The translations under genes and the position numbers were made by a program. This document shows positions 59,405 through 64,000 of a DNA stretch of 64,000 bases, in pieces. The stretch covers positions 17,484 to 81,483 of the forward strand of contig JANQNH010000001.1 of assembly GCA_028279655.1 (NCBI GenBank), given 5' to 3'. The notes under the pieces were generated by a model that made no database searches, was not told the origin of the DNA, and saw only the letters and a list, made by a program, of their open reading frames with translations. Every line of letters begins with the position of its first letter. Position 1 is the stretch's first letter. This stretch comes from Candidatus Nanoarchaeia archaeon (GTDB lineage Archaea; Nanobdellota; Nanobdellia; Woesearchaeales; JACPBV01).

Positions 59405-59959
59405 TTAAGTTGGGCGTGGTATATAAACTCCTGGTTTGTATCCTGTTAATCTTATCAGGTGTTCTTCACATCTAACTCTAAATATGTTTAGTTTTTCCTC
59501 TTTGTCTGGATCAAGTTCTACCCTAAGACAAGCCATAATTGCATCTGCCTCGTATTGGGAAAACCCATCTTTTACAACATCTACAAGATTGTGCATAAGC
59601 CCATCTGCGTCCTTACTGGTCATCCTATAATCGGGATGGTAAAAGATATTCTCTGGGAGAACCCGATTGTTTCTTGCATTCCATGCTTTCATGGCATCAT
59701 GGTTTAGGTCTCCAACCATGTTTTCAAGAGCCAAGCAGATACCTTCTGTTGCTCCGTTTAACAAATATAGTTTTCCATACTCCCTGAATATTGCTCTTTG
59801 GTTGTCTGTTATCCTTTCAGTTCTGTAAGGATCTTCAAGACTGCGGTTTATTCTTAGGGTTACATATGCAGCATGAGCTATCTCTTTGGTCCCTTCCTTA
59901 GGGCCTAACTTATTAGTTACAGCAAGCAACCTGCCGGTTGTTGTTCCTTCAAAAACCAT
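59405..59959 (-). CDS. Hypothetical protein
   Basis: 184-aa ORF. Confidence 0.6.
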   Translation of the reverse strand: MVFEGTTTGRLLAVTNKLGPKEGTKEIAHAAYVTLRINRSLEDPYRTERITDNQRAIFREYGKLYLLNGATEGICLALENMVGDLNHDAMKAWNARNNRVLPENIFYHPDYRMTSKDADGLMHNLVDVVKDGFSQYEADAIMACLRVELDPDKEEKLNIFRVRCEEHLIRLTGYKPGVYIPRPT

Positions 59960-60076
59960 TTTAATATCCTTAGAATGATTCTAATATATTATAATACTGG
60001 GTTGCTTTTCTGTTTAAAAAGCTTATCTTTTTTACTGACTATCTATGATTGGTTCATGAAATATCCTTGCTAGGTG

Positions 60077-60439
60077 TTAGACATATCTCTCTGTTACACT
60101 ATTCTTATCTATTTGAGCTAATGCATCACTAGTTAAGAACCATTCTTTTGGGATAACCTCATCCAATTTATCATTACGGAAAATCATTCTTTTAGATTCA
60201 TCTTTTCTATAGAGTGCAGTTAATCCAGTATTGTAACCATTAAATACAAATAGGCTGACCCTGCATTCATTAACTGTGCCCCTCTGTTTGAAGGTCAAAG
60301 GACCATTAGTCCTTAGAGAGATAAATTCGTAGGTATCGCTTTCTTCTCCAGGTCCGTAATCAATGGAGCCCTTTTCAGCATATATCATACCTAAGGAATA
60401 GTCTTCGTCTCTGCAACATGTAGGAACTCTCTGATTCAA
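60077..60439 (-). CDS. Hypothetical protein
   Basis: 120-aa ORF coupled to the upstream ORF. Confidence 0.5.
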   Translation of the reverse strand: MNQRVPTCCRDEDYSLGMIYAEKGSIDYGPGEESDTYEFISLRTNGPLTFKQRGTVNECRVSLFVFNGYNTGLTALYRKDESKRMIFRNDKLDEVIPKEWFLTSDALAQIDKNSVTERYV

Positions 60440-60651
60440 ATAATAGATCCCTCCCTCTGATTTCTGTAGTTTCCCCCCTCTAAGTTTCTTTTTATTAGTT
60501 TTCTAGCACGAGACTTATTTGGTGCATCACTGTAACTATTTATAGTTATACAACTGTCCATCGCCTTATCAACATGTCTGTCTAGGCTAGTTTCTAGTTT
60601 TCTTGGATCAATGAACTGAAATTCAGGTCCTGTAATGCTTTTTTCCAACAT
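60436..60651 (-). CDS. Hypothetical protein
   Basis: 71-aa ATG ORF. Confidence 0.45.
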   Translation of the reverse strand: MLEKSITGPEFQFIDPRKLETSLDRHVDKAMDSCITINSYSDAPNKSRARKLIKRNLEGGNYRNQREGSII

Positions 60652-60756
60652 TTTCTATTTATCCATAATCTGCTAAACGGTATTTCTAACTTAAAAAAAT
60701 TTAGTTAACCCCCTGATCAATTTTTTACTTTGAGAAATGAGAGAAGGTTTATAAAC

Positions 60757-62640
60757 CTATCCTACAAATATCGGCCTTTTGGAAAGCTGTTTTGGAAGAG
60801 GCAGCGGTTTGTATGGTTTGCCTTGCGTTCCTTTTTTTATCTTATCTATAAGCTCTTTTACTGTTGACTCTCCTTGTTTCTTTGTTTCTCTTATTCTTAC
60901 GTTGATGTTTTTAGCTTTTTCTTCTTTTTCTCCTACCACCACAATGAATGGTGCCCAGTCCATCTCTCCTTCCCTTATCTTTTTTCCTACGTGCAACTGC
61001 CTGTCATCAAGATCAGCCCTTATGTTGTTCTGCCTGATCTCATCTGTTACCTTCTCAGCGTATTTTGACTGCTCTTCGGAAACTGGGATTACTCTTACCT
61101 GAGTTGGGGAGAGCCATAATGGCAGCTTTGGAACCTTTCCTGCTTTCTGGTCAAAAGCAGCCTTCTCAAGAAGGGAATACATGACTCTTTCGATAGCCCC
61201 TGATGGGCTGCAGTGAAGTATCAACGGGTGCTTTTGTTTTCCATCCTTGTCTGTAAATTTGATGTCATACCTCTCTCCGTTTTCAATGTCTATCTGATCT
61301 GTGCTTAGTGCAGATGCTTTATCGAGATTATCCACAAAGTTGAACTCATACTTCAGAACGAAGTAGAAGATCCTTTCATCCCACATCTCCAACAGTATGG
61401 GCTTTCCAAGCTTCTTAACAAGGTTTAGGATGAACTCTTTGTTGTCTTTATAGAATTTCTTTGTTGTTCTTAATGCCATCTCCACATCCTGGTTTTCTAT
61501 GCCTGCTCCGTTTATGGTTTTTAGGGATAGGTTAAATCTTACCTTGAATTCTTCCATAGCCTGCTTCATATCGGCAACCAATGCATGGACGTCTGGCATG
61601 GTGAATGCCCTTAGTCTTCTCAATCCTGTCAACTCTCCAGATTGTTCTCTTCTGAAGGAGTATTTTGTAAGCTCGTAGATCTTTAATGGAAGGTTCTTGT
61701 AGCTGATGGTTGCATCGTGGGCCATCAGAAATCCTCCAAAGCATGCTGCAAAACGCAGGAAGAATTTTCTTTTGTCTGATTCTATCTGATACTGCCGTGC
61801 AGGAAATCTTTGGAGATACTTGCTTAAGGTAGGATGGTTCATGTCATACATTATAGGAGTTTCTACTTCTACTCCGCCATAATCAACTACCTTGTCGGTT
61901 ACGTATTCTTCTATCAGCTTCTTTATCAATCTTCCTTTTGGGTAATACCTTAGGTTTCCTCCGTCGGAGGCTGGCTCGTAATCCACAAGCTCTAATTTTT
62001 TCATAAAAGTAACATGAGGGGGTTCGCTCTTTACTGCCCTTGATTTCTCTTTTTCATAGAATGCAAATTTCTTCAGCTTTTCGTGACCCTTGTAGCTGAA
62101 CTTATCAATATCATGAAGCTTTCCGTCTTCTGAAAGGATATGCCAATAGCTCGTAAGCTTTCTCTCTTTCTTAAGGGACTCTGTCTCTTCCTCTTTTGCT
62201 CCTTCTTGTGCTGGCTTTGCCTCTTCTGGTCCGAACTCTCTTGACAGTTCTGCAAGAGGATGACCTTTGCAGCTTACGGTGAATGATTTGTAGTAGCCGA
62301 AAGGAGACCTGTGTACCTTGAATGTTTTCTTCAACTCCTTTTCAGCTATATCCAGGACCTGCAATGCTGTTTTTGGACTGCTAGGCTGGTTTGTAAGATG
62401 GACATAGGGATACAGAACTATGTTTTTTTCCTTTACCTGGGCAGAGATGTCTATGATGTTTTTGATGAGGTTTTTTGAAGCGCTTTGTGGATCTGCCTCG
62501 TCTCGCTTTTCAACTGAGATAAAGACAACCAGACATTCATCTACTCTTTCTTTTTTATTTTTTAGCTCTTCTGGATCCTTAATAGCTTTCTTTTTAGCTT
62601 CGAATTCTATAAAGTCTGAATGTAAAGTTAGTATTTTCAT
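60757..62640 (-). CDS. thrS: Threonine-tRNA ligase, archaeal type with N-terminal editing domain
   Basis: LYPYVHL, CKGHPLAELSR, LRFAACFG, FRREQSGE, RLRAFTMPD.H, HCSPSGAIER. Confidence 0.97.
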   Translation of the reverse strand: MKILTLHSDFIEFEAKKKAIKDPEELKNKKERVDECLVVFISVEKRDEADPQSASKNLIKNIIDISAQVKEKNIVLYPYVHLTNQPSSPKTALQVLDIAEKELKKTFKVHRSPFGYYKSFTVSCKGHPLAELSREFGPEEAKPAQEGAKEEETESLKKERKLTSYWHILSEDGKLHDIDKFSYKGHEKLKKFAFYEKEKSRAVKSEPPHVTFMKKLELVDYEPASDGGNLRYYPKGRLIKKLIEEYVTDKVVDYGGVEVETPIMYDMNHPTLSKYLQRFPARQYQIESDKRKFFLRFAACFGGFLMAHDATISYKNLPLKIYELTKYSFRREQSGELTGLRRLRAFTMPDVHALVADMKQAMEEFKVRFNLSLKTINGAGIENQDVEMALRTTKKFYKDNKEFILNLVKKLGKPILLEMWDERIFYFVLKYEFNFVDNLDKASALSTDQIDIENGERYDIKFTDKDGKQKHPLILHCSPSGAIERVMYSLLEKAAFDQKAGKVPKLPLWLSPTQVRVIPVSEEQSKYAEKVTDEIRQNNIRADLDDRQLHVGKKIREGEMDWAPFIVVVGEKEEKAKNINVRIRETKKQGESTVKELIDKIKKGTQGKPYKPLPLPKQLSKRPIFVG

Positions 62641-62766
62641 AATAGGGGGAGGTTTTATTAGGCATATATAAAAACTTCGTTTTTATATCTTAAAAATTCT
62701 TTGAATTTATAATTAAATAAAATTGTTGGTTTTAGTGAGTTCATAAGAAATTAGTGCTTAACTATA

Positions 62767-63426
62767 TTATAAATATTTGACAAGGATGTTTCCTTTATTT
62801 GCCTCATAGAATCTTACCGTGTCTAATAGATGTTCTCTATAAGTGTGTCTTAACTTTATACAAAGATCCATATCTTTTTTATGTGCACGCCTTACACTGT
62901 GTACTTGTCTCAAATCTCCGGTGAGTAATCTAGGTGGTGGAAGTTGTTCATCAGAACCTAAAATTGCCTGAAAGATCTCTAGTAAATAGTAATCACCAAA
63001 CGTGAAGGATGACATTGACGGTCTCCCTAATGAAGCATAAGTTCCAATCCTCTTGCTCACACAAACTTTATTATATAATCCGCTCGGATCATAATCTGCA
63101 ATAACTGTATTTGTTCTATTAGTTGGTGATTTAAAACCCATTTTTAGAATTCTTTGTAAATCTGTATAGGATTCACCTGTTGTTTCATTTCTAACTCCGT
63201 GAAGCATAACAGCCGGTGTGATCCTCCAAATATTCTCATTTTTTTCAATAGTAGCAGGGAAATATTTCCTTTTGTCAGTAGTTTGTAGGAAAATGAGTGC
63301 TTTTCTTGACTTAGCTGATTTCTCTATTAGTTGAGATGCAACTCTAGTTTGTTCTTCAATATTCGGAAATAATTCTTCTTGCTCTGTTAAATCTTCTAGA
63401 TTAACTATGAAAGGTTCTTTTATCAT
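62767..63426 (-). CDS. Hypothetical protein
   Basis: 219-aa ORF with TTTATAAA upstream. Confidence 0.6.
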   Translation of the reverse strand: MIKEPFIVNLEDLTEQEELFPNIEEQTRVASQLIEKSAKSRKALIFLQTTDKRKYFPATIEKNENIWRITPAVMLHGVRNETTGESYTDLQRILKMGFKSPTNRTNTVIADYDPSGLYNKVCVSKRIGTYASLGRPSMSSFTFGDYYLLEIFQAILGSDEQLPPPRLLTGDLRQVHSVRRAHKKDMDLCIKLRHTYREHLLDTVRFYEANKGNILVKYL

Positions 63427-63602
63427 ATACTAAAATTGGGTATTATTCTGTTTATAAATATTTCCTTTTTGTAACTACTAATAAGTTGTTATAAAATTAA
63501 TAAGCGGTATAAAACCGAAACATCATAATAGAATGAGGTTTTATTTGGCACATATAACATTGTTGGTTTTCGTAAGGTTTAAATATTATATATTATATTT
63601 CT

Positions 63603-63947
63603 ATGTCTATGAAATTGAGAACCCACTTCATTGTTCAAGTGGTGTTATTTTTTTTGCTGCTTATCCTATTGGGAATTGATGAGGCTTTTATCATAGTTTT
63701 TTTCCATTTTATACCTACTATAGATTATATAATGAAACTTACCGGGCTTCATGCAGAGTTGCATAGTAAATTATTCCATAATGTTTTTGTGATTATCCTT
63801 TCTTCATTAATTGTCTTTTATCTTACTGATCCACTTGTAGCTTCTTTAGCTACGCTTAACCTTGTAATGCATATTGTAATGGATTTAAAGGGAAAGGGCA
63901 TCTACATTTTTTATCCTGTTTCTGATTATAGATTGAAGCTTTGGTGA
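63603..63947 (+). CDS. Membrane-bound metal-dependent hydrolase-like (YdjM-like) protein
   Basis: RTH, PTID, H.KLFHN, MHIVMD..G...FYP. Confidence 0.55.
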   Translation: MSMKLRTHFIVQVVLFFLLLILLGIDEAFIIVFFHFIPTIDYIMKLTGLHAELHSKLFHNVFVIILSSLIVFYLTDPLVASLATLNLVMHIVMDLKGKGIYIFYPVSDYRLKLW

Positions 63948-64000
63948 TTTCTTGGTTGTTGGTTTTGAATTTCAACTGCAATCCTTATTATTAACCTTTT

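Overview
AT-rich archaeal window, most consistent with a DPANN/Woesearchaeota-like genome. This is an inference from the archaeal-type ThrRS with N-terminal editing domain, SRP54, Taw3, EndoQ, TrmB, TATA-box promoters close to start codons, and patchy bacterial-type genes. Housekeeping genes are interspersed with large Ca-binding surface proteins (an adjacent dockerin/cohesin pair), toxin-antitoxin modules and a 3.0-kb IS6-like cargo transposon (27182-30191, TIRs and 8-bp TSD seen). A ~10-kb amino-acid/peptide-tailoring cluster encodes an AlaDH/opine-synthase-like enzyme, RimK-GNAT, two Ddl-like ATP-grasp ligases, a MurL-like PP-loop protein, a LysA-like decarboxylase and a lysine 2,3-aminomutase. 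Non-coding highlights: two dispersed copies of a covarying ~125-135-nt three-way-junction structured element (13081-13213, 49270-49390) and a ~225-nt structured leader upstream of a small Lys-rich repeat protein. No rRNA, tRNA or CRISPR array was recognised. All family assignments come from motif recognition by eye, not database searches.
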